A DNA stretch of 64,000 bases, taken from NCBI RefSeq assembly GCF_026210795.1, contig NC_089431.1:5456001-5520000 (forward strand). The letters run 5' to 3'. The notes beneath the pieces were generated by a model that did not search any database, was not told the DNA's origin, and saw only the letters and a list, made by a program, of their open reading frames with translations. The translations under genes were made by a program, and so were the position numbers. Positions 40,176 through 53,912 of this stretch are shown here, in pieces. The DNA comes from Rhizophagus irregularis. Taxonomy: Eukaryota. The stretch's first letter is position 1. Every line of letters starts with the position of its first letter.

Positions 40176-42854
40176 CAAATGGAATATTGCGAGTGGGTGA
40201 AAACGTTCTATTGATTATTAATTTTTTCTTTTTCTTTATTTTTTATCTTATTAATAGCCACGCTAATAAATTTATTTTCTTTTTACTTTAGACTTGCCTT
40301 TTGGAATCATAGCTAAATTTAATAAGACCTGAATGAAAAAAATAGAATTTTTTATTATTGTTATTTATTAGTAACTAATAATAAGCATTTATTTGTCAAT
40401 TTTGTAATTTTAGCAAAGAATTCAATTTAATTTTAGACCTAAAATAAACTTAATCAATCAAGTATTAAATGACAATCCAATTTATCCGTTCTAAACCTAC
40501 ATAACAAACTAAAAAAACATGCTAAACAATAACCCTAAACCCTAAACCTTGCAAATTACAAAAAAAAAATATCTTCCTAATGATAATTATTTTAAATTAT
40601 TTCATAAAAATATCATACTGCCATGACTGATACATAAAAATCTAAAAAAATAATAATTAAATCTCAACAAGAAAAAAAAAGAGGAACAAGATGAAACTAA
40701 TTCTAAAAAAAACTTGCTAAGTTAGGTAAATTTGAAAATAAAAAGCTATTCCTAAAAAGGAATAACAAGAGAGATAAAAATGCGTTGGTGATGAGAATGA
40801 AATAAAAGTCCAACTTTTTCCTATAATTTCAATATTTTGTTGTATGAAATAAGAAAAAACGAGGAATAGTGAAGAAAAAAGTTTAACACACAAAAGAAAT
40901 GAAAGTTTCCTTACCACAAAAAATTTAGGAACCTTGGCAGATTGGGCAGTCATCATCATAACTTATTCCCCCGTCCTTTATGAATATGATAAATTTATAA
41001 TAACATTCAATTTTTTCTTATCCTTTACCAAAATATTATACACCTTATTTCCTATTTAATAGTTTTGCCAGTATTAATTAAAATCTTAGCAGTGGACAAT
41101 GGTGGTCATTTTTCAACAATTTTTGGCAGTTCCAAATTTTAATATTCCGCAAGTGAAAGCATCAATACCTACATCTTCTGTAAAATCCTAAATATTCAAA
41201 TTCACAATCACACTCTTTTCCTATATTTTTTACAAGTTTGCCACCTCCATAAACTAGTCCACCAATTGCTGGTGCTGTCAGACCACCAGTGGAAGCGATT
41301 GCTGCTCCTGTCAGCCATTGTTACTCTCCCAGTAAACTTTGTTACTTCCCAAAATCCACTACAAAAACCCATGATTATTATTAAAAGTTAGTAAGTTGTA
41401 GGATAAAGAAAAAAGATAAAAAACTTGATTTTTTGAACCTTAATGGCTAAGATAAACAAAGACTTTCATAGGAAAATAAAAAAAATTGTAATCATTTAAA
41501 TCCTATTCTCTGATTTACTAAACTAAAAGCATGCCAAGGATTACACCAAAAAATACCTAGAACAATAGTAAAATGGACGGTTACTAGTTAAGAAAGACTA
41601 AACATTGTTAGTAGGGTTTAACGTTTAATTTCTTAAGAGCGCTGGTAAGACCTTTATTTTACGATTTTCTAACTTTTAATTCTGATTATTTCCCAGCCCG
41701 CATACCTAAAGGAAGAAGAAAATCCGGTATAAAATAAATCCGATGGGAAGATCAAGGAAAAAAAACCTATTTTGTTGGGGCAAACTATAATGATATATTA
41801 GTATTCATTTACCTTGAGATAAAAAAAAAATTTCATGTTATACGGATATAAAATGATAAGAATTTTCTTGATAGAAATTTGATTAATTTGGATTAACTTG
41901 GTAAGCATCATTATAATGATGTCACGGGATATTTTTTACTTTTTTTTATCTATTTTTATCTTTTATTTTTATTTACTTATTTTTAGTTATTAAATATAGG
42001 TATTTTTAGTTATTTTTGATTATTTGGTGATTAGATAAAAAACGGAAGCTTAGCGGTGGGAAAGTGACTGAATACAGGTGTCTGTATAGACAAATGTGCC
42101 CAGATCGCCACAATTGGCCGGGAGACAATTCTGTTTGAAAGACAGATTTGCACCAGAATTTTAACAATACTATAAAAAGGACCGTTGTTGGAGGTGCAGT
42201 TGGAGTAGGTTTTTATAAGTTCAGTCAGTTAGAGTTTAAGTAGTTATAAGTTCGTGTAGTTTTATAACGTTAAAAATTAGATAGCTGGATATTACCGAAG
42301 CGCGAAATATCGTATTTGAATAAACCTGCCGATCTGTTTCCACATTACTTATATACGTTTTATCATTTTTTAACACACTGTTTATTATTGTTTATTATCA
42401 TTTATTATCATTGTCTTTCATTATCACTTATCTATACACCGTTGATTATCCATATCACAACACGCCACCCGATCTATCCTCAATCTATCACATCACTTAT
42501 TATCGTTCATAATCGTTTATTATCGTTTATCCGTATACACTTTTACCTTATCACTCGTTATACATCGTTATATTACCTTGTCATTTATTAACCGATCCTT
42601 ATATTTCTTTCTGTTACTACCTACCGAACGTCAGAAACCGGTGGTAACAATTACAACATTTCCATATGTAAATTAATTATATTGAAACACGATCACATGT
42701 TCAAATATGATGAATCACAATTTCACAATTTACAATTTTATCTTTTGTTAAAAATTTTTTTACCAAATAAAAATTAAAATAAAATTAAATTAGGATTTAC
42801 TTACATTACATTTATTAGTAAAACCCTTTTTTAAAATAGTCCTTTTTGTCTTTC

Positions 42855-43340
42855 TTAATGATTTCCAAACATATTGGAGAGGCCACTATACGTGGTAAGT
42901 ATGAAGGGATGGTGTGCGCTGCTATTCAATTTGAAGGTCTCTTGTTCAAATTGAAATTCTTGTGAATATTCTTGTTCAATTTGAAATCCTTGTAAATCTT
43001 CTGGTTCAATGTGAAAAAGTTCTTGTTCTAAACTATTTTGTTCTTGATAATAATAAACAGTCCAACATTCCTTAAAATTACAATTTAATTCTTTACCTAA
43101 ATTATACATTTCAGTTCCAATATCATTAGAGATAAAACAATTATTAAATATTAAATTCATATCGTCTTTAAATTCACTTGGATTTGAATATTGATTATTT
43201 ACTAATTTTAAATTAATAGTAAATAAATCCATTGGATTAATTACAAGATTATAAGCATCTAATTTTTTTATCAAACTTATAAAATGGACAAGCTCAAATT
43301 GTATTTTCAAGTTCATACAAAATATTATAACAAAACATTA
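42855..43340 (-). pseudogene. Bromodomain-containing gene fragment
   Basis: NPMDLFTINLKLVNNQYSNPSEFKDDMNLIFNNC matches the bromodomain PMDL..I..KL....Y.....F..D..LIF.NC motif. The upstream ILYELENTI*ACPFYKF segment lies in another frame and contains a stop. Confidence 0.75.
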
Positions 43341-44839
43341 AATTTGATTTAATAATATTAGGAGTTTTTCTGATTGTTTTGCTTGTATAAATTGCACCAG
43401 GTATTAGTTTTTCAGTTTTATAATTTTTGATTACTTCCTGCCAGTACATTTGAAGATATTTTTATTGTTGTAAACGTTCTTTATTTATCTACTAATAAAA
43501 AAGTCGAGAGAATCAGGATGATTACCAAGCAAGATGAACAACTATTCTTCTCTTTTTTACCGAAAATGTTACATGAAATGCAAAGTCATTCTAGAAATAA
43601 AGTAAATATGAAGTAAAATGGTTGATTTGGTTATATTATTGAAAATTACTGCAATAACCTGATACCCTGGAAGAAGACTATAAACACATACTGGTTAAAA
43701 CGAGATTTTGAGAAAGGCCAGGTAATTACTGTATAGCAAAATATAATTAATGTAATTAATGTTTACAATCACTGTTACATCGCTTTCAAAAAACAGTTTT
43801 TGAAACCTTACAACCAGATGCATTACTTTCAAAGACTATTAAAAACCCTGTTAAAAATTTTTCTGAAACTTCACTATCAGAATTATAAAAGAATATTAAT
43901 CTTGTTAGCTTCTGTAATGATATTAATTGCTATTCTGGTCGGGTTATCCCATTTACTATTTGAATCAACTGTTCATAATACTGGCCAAATCTCGGTAATT
44001 CTGGCAATAATTTCGGCAAAATTTCGGCCGGCATTTAACAATAGTAGCTATATTTGGAAATGGTCGGCATGGCTTAAACTCTAAACCGAAAATTTTACCT
44101 TTTTACGAAATTACGATTAAAAAAAAAATTTTTTCATTATAAAATGAATTCTTTCTAATTTTTTGATGAAAAAATCAAGATAATAGTATTTCTGATTAAG
44201 TGGTTAATAGAAATTATCTCAGTACTATACTATGAATAAATAAGAAAGATTTTTTGCGCAAAAATTTTCAAAGTGTCCGATCAATACAAAAAAAAAAAAT
44301 TTAAAAACACAAGAAAAAATGTGTAAAGTATTTAGTAGGTTATAATTTTTTTTTTGTTCCCGTCTTACATCATTTTAAAAACGTCGATAAAAAAGATAAA
44401 AAAGGGTGCAAATTAATCTAATCGACCTTCATTACAGTATTTTACAATGAATATCAAGATTACAATAATAAATTATTTCTAAGCTAATCCTAGTAATCCT
44501 ATCTTTAATTGGATTGTGAGTCCGAAGGAAGGAAAAGGCAAAACTATATTTGCAATTTTATTAATAACTATCACGTGAATGACTGTCATAGTTTGTTGAC
44601 ATTATTGTCTTTCGCTCCACCCGTGCAATAAATGAGACAAAGAATTCATGTAGCTTAGAAAAATGGTAAAGGTTTGCCAAGACAACGAATTTTCTTTATC
44701 TGTTAAAAATTTTGATCGTTAAAGTAATGTGGCTGTGTAATTACGTCATTTATGCAAGAAATTTAACGCCCTTCATAGATGAGTGCAAAAGCACGTCATC
44801 TATGCAGGAAATTCAATACTTTCATAAATAACGCCAAGC

Positions 44840-45181
44840 ATGCCTGAAACAATTATGTAAGTTTAACTTTCTATTGTTCATCGTCTAAAAAAAAATATTT
44901 AAAGCGGCGGTGTTTCCTTCCTTTGCAAATTATTAAATACAAGTAATGTGTAAGTAAAATTGGTCATTGAGTCACTTAAGATTTTGATATGAATTCTAAC
45001 TTTCCCTGATATTATATAATTCGCCGACACAGACTAATAAATTCATTTGCTATTAGGTTGCTATTGCTGCGGAAATACCGGCAAAACATATGGAGATAGT
45101 TGTAACTGTGCCATGAGGTATGGCGGCGAAGGCTGTGGTAATGCTATACCCACTGTAATTGTGGTTAAGTACAGTTTTTAA
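44840..45181 (+). other. Possible small Cys-rich, metallothionein-like gene or pseudogene
   Basis: ATG CCT GAA ACA ATT AT|gtaagt. Branch point gactaat and acceptor at 45056. The exon reads CYCCGNTGKTYGDSCNCAMRYGGEGCG, then CYTHCNCG* in a shifted frame. Confidence 0.45.
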
Positions 45182-47075
45182 ATTTTCTTTCATTTATAAG
45201 ATGTTTTATCAAATTTAAAAGTGACTCAATGACCTATGATTAAATAATTCGTGACATGTTTTACTTTAAATCGAAATATTGTATTTAAATAAAAATTAAC
45301 AAAGATGATCCCTTTTCTGTTTTATATTTAAATATAACAAAATCAATTGCGTTTATTAGTACATAATATGAATGCTAAAAATGCCTTTTTAAGCCTTTCC
45401 ATTTCGCCTTCCTAAATCTTTATAATATTTTAATTACTGTACATTATATTTATCATCAACTGACGCTTTTTTATATAAGGTCAATTTTATTTGTTTCTAC
45501 ATTAAAATAATTGGTTCGAATTAAATGGTAAATAGATTCCAAAAGATGCAGCCTGTAGTTATTAATGTGTTAGAGACCTGCAATGTGCCGGGTATAAATC
45601 GGATTTTCAGCTGCGTTACAAATTTATAATACGCAACAATAATATGTTTTAGAATTCTTTTAATTTACTATTAGATTTTTTTTAGTGCATTTCTGCATTT
45701 CAATAATTTTTTGCTTTGTATTCACTATATATATTTTTACGTAAAATTTTATTTATCTTTAAATAAATTATTTTCGTATTAACAGCTGCGCTATATTTGA
45801 TTTAAATTACAATCAATATTATAAAATACTTATGATTTCTAGTACTTATATATTTTTAAAGTTTATAATATTTACTTTATAGATGTTAGTATTCTTAAAT
45901 AGCGATTGTAAAAATTTATATTTACCGAATAATCACTATGCTGCAAGATTTTTAGTTTCTAAAACATTTTGTTAAATCAAATTAAATATTAAATTATAAA
46001 ATATTATAATGTCAAAATAACTAGTATAAAACTTTAGACGATAAAAACGTGAAAAAAAACTATAAGAATTCCGATCCTGGTCGGGGTTTCAAAATATAGT
46101 TAAACGCATGCCTCTATAATGTACTATGCAATAAAGAAATCTGATGGAAGATACTAACTTGGTAAAAATAAAATAAAATAAATAAAATAAAATAAGGTAA
46201 ATTATTACATTTTACATTTCCTTTTGTTTGACCTAATTTGCGTGACGTAACCATTTATGAGAGTATTTTTTTAATTCAAAAGGAACAATCATATTTACTA
46301 AACTAATGTCACTTTCACGCCAGCAGCTAATCTTCTTGTCCAATTAAATAGAAATATGTTTAATTATATTTAAATAATAAAATATTTTTCATATTTACCA
46401 GACATATTCTTGTGTCGACTAAAACATCAACCGAGTGTTTTTCTCATTATGTTCAACTCCTTTTTGCTGAAGATACACGATAATTAATTTTGCAATATTT
46501 ACCAGGAGAGAATATTCTTCTATTATGGCTTCCGTGAATTGCGTTTTTTGAATGTTTTCAACTGTCAGTAATTTGATTATTTAAATTAATTTCTTGTGTT
46601 AAGCAAGCTAGAAACATTTGGGTAATGAACAGAATAATATATAACAGATGATCCGATTTGTTATTCATCCAATAAATCATTCTGCGTTCGTTTATATAAA
46701 TATTCAAATTTATAATTGCGTAAAAGATCTTAGATAAATTTTGTCACAGAGTTGCTATTAATATTTATTTTTACAAGACATATGAAATGTAAATGGAAGT
46801 TATTATACAAATACAGTATATATGGAATCATGTTTACTATATCATATATTATATTAAAAAATTATTGAATATAATGAGCATTCGTAAATATATCGTTCGC
46901 GAAATAAAAGTTGTGACAATAGGCTGTCGGTTAATATGCTCATTTCAATTTCTTAATAACAGAAAACGTAAACTTATGAGAGCTTAAATATAAATATCGT
47001 AAAAAAAATCGATTTATGTCTATTTATTTTAGAAACCACCACCTAAATATAAAATAAAAAAAAAAGATAAATATT

Positions 47076-47600
47076 TTAATATTGGTTTAGTGTAAAAGCA
47101 TTAATACAACGAGTTACGCCAAAGAAAAAACCTTTTTGATGGCACACAATATCGATAATATCATCGTTTTCCATCTCAAGCTATTTTAATGTTAAAAAAA
47201 AGATACATGTGTAATAAATATAAAATTCTTTTAAAGTATTTTAAAGTATTTTGATATTATTTTAGACTTACAGAATCTGGAGTATCATAATCCTTAATTT
47301 GGTGTCCATCAAACAAAAATAACATAAATTTAATATCCAAGCCATTTCTATCACAATGGACTTGCTTAAGTTTATTAAGAGGTTTCGTCTTTTTGACTTT
47401 GTAAACTGTCTCACTCTTAGACTATTGAAATTTACAAATAATGTTAATAAAAGAACTAAATTCACTTTAATTAATATATATATACTTATATACTTAACAT
47501 AATCTTGAACTTTAAGATTAACGAACGAATCAATTGATTCATTTGAATCAACTGCTTCTGTCTTGATAAATTGTAACAATAACTGATCGTTAGAAGCCAT
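47076..47600 (-). CDS. SUMO-like (Rad60-SLD/ubiquitin-fold) protein lacking diglycine, 118 aa, 3 exons
   Basis: Exons 47600-47499, 47421-47272, 47180-47076 give ..VNLKVQDY/SKSETVYKVKKTKPLNKLKQVHCDRNGLDIKFMLFLFDGHQIKDYDTPDS/LEMENDDIIDIVCHQKGFF.., which aligns with Smt3/SUMO. Confidence 0.85.
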
Positions 47601-49543
47601 TTTTCGTTCGTTTATTAGAAAGAAAAAAATATTTTTATGAAAGCAATAATGGTAATGATACAATGAATGAATAAAATTACAATGAATATACTGTACCTAC
47701 ACTGGATAAACTATTAAAAGATTTATTCATGTTGTGTCTCTATAATTATGCACGTTTATGTTACAGATCCCATGAATGATAATTCCATAAATTTTTTTCG
47801 GATTTTTGTTTACTTTTACAATATACAGAATTAGAACAATAGTTTATGGTCGCAAACGCAGTAAAAATTATGTATTGTGGCGATGTATCTTCTCATATAC
47901 TGTATTCGGTAAATTGCACTGTGACATTATTAAGTTTTTTAGAAAACTTTATTTGAACTCACGGAATGACTGAAAGAAAGACTTTTTATATTTTATAAAA
48001 TTAACGAATTCCAATTTGTTACGCCAAAATAAACCGGAAATAGAATAATAATGAATCAATTGACTGTATGAAATGAAAAGAACAAGAAACTTTTGAGCCA
48101 ATATGTTATTGAGTGCTAACAATTCATCGAATTTTCACTCAATGATGGTAACAGTATACAAGAAATTACTGTATGTGGTTTGGTATCTATAACGGCAACA
48201 CAAGAACGAAATAGGAAAATTTCATAGAAATGATCAACATAAACGCCAACGTAACATTGTACCCTCGAAGTAAAAATAAACAAACACATCTATTCTTATT
48301 TTTTTATTTATTATATACTACAAAATTTCATTTATATGCATCAAACAACACGAACAATATGATCACAAACTGGCACATGTTACACACTTAGTATTGTATT
48401 CTGTGCAATCAATAACATCAACGTAACTGGGGTTTATTCCCAAATTTTATCTTTTTATCAGTACTATCTCTACAATCATCGCTTTTACTACAAATATTTA
48501 CAGTGAATAATTGGCAAAAATTTGCCGGAAGGTCACACTTCATTGATCGAGATAAGATTAGAAATGTGATTTTTTTAAAAAAAATATATTACATTTAAAA
48601 AAAAAAAAATTATAAAAATCAGTGTTGAGCGACTTGAGCATTTAAAAAAAACTAGATGTTCATTTTTCAATATCACATGATTTCGCCCTTAATTTTCCGA
48701 ATTTTTAGAATAGACAAGGGTCAGAATTAGTAGTGGATTAGATATAGGTCTTTTCTTGATAATTAAAATTTTCTGCTCCCCACATTTTTATTTAGGTTGA
48801 GGAGAAACTGACCACAATCTTTACTACAAATAAACAAAATGATATATATATTTAATTGGAAGGTTATAAAACTTATATCAGCAGTGTTATCATAAATAAA
48901 ATCACATTTTATCGAAAGTTCATCTTGCACATGTAATTTCTTAGTATAAATGCTGTTCCATTTACAAAGTTCATAGAAGAGTCAATAAGCTAATTTTTAT
49001 ACTATATTCTATTAATACCTTAAGTTATGAAGTTTTAAAAAAAATTTTGTTAGAGATAAACTAATATCTTACAAATAATAATTATAAATATTTTAAATAA
49101 GTTAAAATAAGAAGAAATGCTATAATGTTAAATAAATTTAAAATTGTTATGAATTTTATAAGAAAAATTCATTTTAGTAATAATCGATCTCATTTACATT
49201 TTATAGGACCTCATTAACATTGTTCCAAAAGAATAGTATCACAATTTGGAATATAATATCATAATTTATATATTACTCGACAGTTTTATTTGGTTATTAT
49301 ATAATTATACGCAAAGTAAGAAACTGTTATTATTTTGATAACCAAACTTAAATAAAAAAAATTATAGATTCATTAATATTATTATCACTTAGGAAGAAAA
49401 AAATTCTGATTCTTCGCATGGTTTGCAAAATACATCTCCTTATGTTTGGCTGTGGTTTGAACGTGGAAGCGGAACACTTATTAACACACTGCATTTTTAC
49501 GGGATATGTAGAAAATAAAAACCATTATTATAAATTTTGTCAT

Positions 49544-50031
49544 TTATTTGATATTAATATTATTGCATTTTAAAAAAAAACCTATTCTCTCGGGCACATA
49601 ATCGATAATATCGTCGTCTTCCATTTCGAGCTGTAAAAAAAAATATATTTGCAAACAAATACTGTATAATAAATATAAGTATTTTAGACTTACAAAATCA
49701 GGAGTGTCATCATAATGAATCCTGCATCCATCAAATAGAAATCTTAGTGTGGCAGGGCTAAGTCCATTTATTTCAGAATGGGATTCCATAAGTTTTTTAA
49801 GAGGTTTTGCCCTTTCAACTATGTAAGTCGTCTCTTTACGTTTAATAGAATCATTTTTCTATTAACATTGCAAATGGTATTAGCAAAAAAATAACAAATA
49901 ACCTGATTTTTAGGACAAATGAACTTAACATAATCATAATCATAGTAGATCATAATACTAAAAAATGAATTAGCTGAACCAGTCGGTTCTTCTGTCTTGA
50001 TAAATTGGGACAATAATTGATCAGAATTCGT
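49544..50031 (-). pseudogene. SUMO-like paralogue 2; frame intact but the start codon is ACG
   Basis: Exons 50031-49930, 49858-49694, 49630-49544. KPLKKLMESHSEINGLSPATLRFLFDGCRIHYDDTPDF/LEMEDDDIIDYVPERIGFF. May still be translated from ACG, a downstream ATG or an upstream exon. Confidence 0.7.
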
Positions 50032-50211
50032 AATTACGTTCCTATATTAAAATGAAAAAATAATATAGAATATACGAATAAATGCAACAAAAATTGGATT
50101 ATATCGTACGCCAAGTGTAGGGCACATACAATATTTATGTTAAACATTCATGAAAAGTAACTCTAAAACTTTTTAATTTCTACGCATTAAATACACTAGA
50201 AATATAGTAGT

Positions 50212-50641
50212 TTACCGGATAGCAGGTGCAAATATAACATGAATTGAATCACCTTCTTCCATCTCAAGCTATATTAATATATAGAAACGAAAAATATCTT
50301 TATAAACATATGAAATATGTATTAAAAGTATTTTTAAATAAACTTACAGAATCAGGAGTGTCATTATCCATAACATTGAGTCCATCAAATAGAAATTTTG
50401 TTGCATGAATCTTTAATCTATTTCTTTTACAATAGACTTCCTTGAGTTTTTTAAAAGGTGTTGTTCTCAGAACGTCTTATTGTCATCCTAGTAAAATTGC
50501 AAATAGTTAAAAAAGGATTAAATTTACCCTTAATTTTGTAGATTCGTGTCACTTAACTTTACTCTTGACATGAAAACTAATAAATGAATCAATCGGATCA
50601 ACTGCTTCCGTCTTAATAAATTGTGGCGATAATTGGTCCAT
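50212..50641 (-). pseudogene. SUMO-like paralogue 3; frameshifted exon 2
   Basis: Exons 50641-50558, 50487-50348 (140 nt versus 150 in copy 1) and 50268-50212. TTPFKKLKEVYCKRN..KFLFDG..DTPDS/LEMEEGDSIHVIFAPAIR*. Confidence 0.75.
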
Positions 50642-52095
50642 AATTACTGTACTTGCTTTGTGTTAGAAAGAATTTATTTTTTTACAAAAGAAATAATGAA
50701 AATAAAATGAGTAGACACAACATAAATGATTGTCTTACACAAGAGTATTTTAATATGTATGTTTATGTTACATATCTATATTTGTAATTGAAATAATTTT
50801 ACTGCTAAATATAGCCGCAAGTACGGAAAACTAGTACCAACTTGAATAATACATATTAGATTATCATATAAGTACGAAAAAAAGTACTGTAAGTATATAC
50901 TGTATGATAAATGAACACTACTGCGCCATTTTTTTATTTATTTTGCAGAGAAGACTTCGAATCCTTAAATAAATACGATTTTAAATATAAATGTTTACGC
51001 TCTTCAAAATTATAGTTTTTCTTCTACTCATAAAATTAACGAAATAAAATTAACGAACTATAATTTGTTTCGAAAACAATCGTTCAATTGTCCATCCACT
51101 TCTGCGAAAACAAAGATTTAATTGATCGACATTGAACAACCTAAGTACCGTACTACTGTATTACTACCGTGTTACTGCTGACATTGTACTATTCGAAACA
51201 TAAAAATATTCCTATCCGTACTTTATTATAGCTTTTAGGTTGCCTATATAATCATATAACCGGTTAATGAAAGCAAGTCGAATGGCTTCTCGATCAACAA
51301 CTTGCATTCGTTACACATTTTTCTGTATCATTTTGTGAATTTTTATGGTTGCATACAATATACTATATTTATTATATGTGACATTAAGCAAAAATTTGAG
51401 ACTTTTAAATTAGTGACTTGATTTAGATTAGAGATGTTTTTCATACAAAGTGAATTTTTTCAAATGAATTTTTTTAATGAACGAATATTAATAGTATTAT
51501 TTCCGCAAATTTTTTATATACTTTTAATTTTTAGCATAAACAAGATAATGTTATTTGTATAATAAAAGGAAATTATCACAATATATTTATAAAAATTGTT
51601 TCATATCCGATGATAATCGTACAAGCGTTACAGAGTGATTTAACAGATTTCAAAAATGGTTTATAAAAAATCATTTTTTTTTTTTTGAAAAATGTTACTA
51701 TAATCCAAGAAAATAAAGTACTAAGGTTTGGTTCTTTTCAATTACTTTTGAAAATTTATGATACAATATTGCTTTGAAATAGAATCATTATAATCATAAA
51801 AAAATGTAATTTTCAGCTTAGAAATTAGGCCAAAAAATATTTATATACTTCTGAAATAAATAATAAATAATATTTTTTTTTTGATTTTTTTTTAAAAAAT
51901 TTTTTATAACTTTTCTTATAACAAAAAATACTTGAAAATAAGTTAAATAAATAAATGAATTGAAATTATATTTATTACCAGAAGATAAATTATTATTATT
52001 TATACTCCTAACTGCTAATATATCCGTTAATTGCTTGACCATAAAATAAATGAAGAATGAAGAATGAAGTTATTATTAATTTAATATTATGTTAA

Positions 52096-52931
52096 TAGTG
52101 CTCCGTACGGGTCGGGTCAGACCCGGGTGTTCGACCCGACCTGAATTTTTAAATCGAATCGGGATTGATCATTTTAATGACTTATAACCCGTATAAACCA
52201 ACCCGTCAGGTTAGGGTCATACTGTTGCTTTGACCCAGATCAACCCGGGTGACCCGAATGACACGTTTTTTTCATCACTATTGTTATTTTTATAGTTGGA
52301 AAAACTTTACTAATAAATAAAATATAATGTCTGGGGTTATTGATATTATTGCTGAGCCAACAACTCAACTCGGAAACAAATCTTCTTGAGGAAAAAAGAA
52401 CTCCTGCCATAACGTAAAGATGCAAATACGCATCATGAAGTCAGATGTCTTAATTGTCCGTAAGTATAGAAAAGTTTTGAAATATAATTTTTAGTTGATA
52501 ATATACACTTACTAATATTAATTAATAAAATTAATAATATGATTTCAGTTATTCAAGCTACGAGTGTTTCCAGTAGAGTGAACTTTTTCCAGTGGAGCTG
52601 ATCTTGTGGCGACAAAAATATTCAGTTTTAAGAAATTTGAAGTGAATTTTATATTAATTAATTAAATAAACAACATTATTATAATTAAAGTTGTAAAATT
52701 TAGTGAAGTGGTTGAAAAAATAAATCATGTAACTTGATCAATTTTGCTGATCATAAATTTAATATAAATTCGAGTTTGACCCGGGTTATCCGGGTTAAGC
52801 TATAATTGGGTCGAGTCAAGTTCAGGTTATACAGTTGATTGATCCGAACATTCGAATCGAATTACGTGAATATTCGAGTCGAATTCGAACATCCCTCAAA
52901 CCCGACCTAACCCGACCCGTACGGAGCACTA
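52096..52931 (+). mobile_element. Non-autonomous hAT element
   Basis: TIRs tagtgctccgtacgggtcgggt and acccgacccgtacggagcacta, with acccg subterminal motifs. Internal relic IQATSVSS..FSSGA (~52550-52600) resembles the hAT dimerisation domain. TSD not clear. Confidence 0.85.
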
Positions 52932-53164
52932 ATTATTTATGTATTTATCTTAAAGACGTCCTTCATTAGTGCTTGGCTCGCAAAGAAAAATCATTAGCAT
53001 TTATTTTCATCATAAAAAGTCATAACATTATATAAAGAAGGCGAGAACGGACAACAATTAATCATCAAGTATTATTATCAGGAATTATAATCTGATTATT
53101 TACTTTCTTTTATAATACTTCGTTATTTTTATTTCCTTCAAAGTTTTAATATAAGAGCAATAAG

Positions 53165-53912
53165 GTGGTGTCCGAACTTTCGAATCCCACTTCGCCGAAG
53201 CAATTTAGTGCCATTTTACTAAAATGACATTTCCCGAATGGACATTTCTCCGATGATATGGAGAATGCAACCGAATTGTTTATACATACGCAGTCAGATC
53301 AGTTTAAAAATTCAAAAATCAGCCAGTCATTATAATTGATCGGCATAATTCTGGCCAATTTATAATTCTGGCCAGAATTAATACACGTTCCATAAAAATT
53401 TTTTTTTTGAATTTTGACCAGAATTATAAATTGGCCCGAATTATGCTGATCAATAATAATCTTTGTATGTACAGACAGTACAGTACGACTGCGTATGAAA
53501 CTTAATAAATGAGTTGCCCGCTCTTTTTACAAATCTATTTTTAAAAATTAATAGGATAATCCTCACAATGTTTCTTTTCTTACATGATTCAAATATAAAA
53601 GTATGATCGTCGTTTACACAAAATCAAGTACCATTTTCCAAAACAAGTGAAAATGAGAATTTGTTCTTTGAATAATTTTTATTTTTTTTTTTGTATCGAA
53701 TTGTTACAGTAATGATTAAGGAAATAAACCAATTAATAACATTTTCAGCAAAATGTCCTTCGATAAAATGGACAATTCGGGAAAAGGCTCAGCAAAATAT
53801 CCATTCGACGAAATGTCCATTCGGCAAAATGTCCTTTTGTCGAAACTTCCCTATAGCGAAATGGCTTCGGTGAAATAGGTTTCGGTGAAATAGACTTCGG
53901 CGGCGAAATGTA
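53165..53912. mobile_element. Degenerate foldback/MITE with a nested palindromic element (53285-53497)
   Basis: ccgaatggacatttc (~53234) pairs with gaaatgtccattcgg (~53810). Inner TIRs catacgcagtc and gactgcgtatg. A ~45-bp inverted repeat at 53335-53379 / 53410-53454. Confidence 0.6.

Noticed and set aside
40530..40548. aaccctaaaccctaaacc, telomere-like
   Set aside because: Only ~2.5 units, which is expected by chance.
41100..41330. Minus-strand Gly/Ala-rich fragment (LTGAAIASTGGLTAPAIGG) resembling DUF726 or glycine-zipper motifs
   Set aside because: Too short and frameshifted to assign. Probably a decayed gene.
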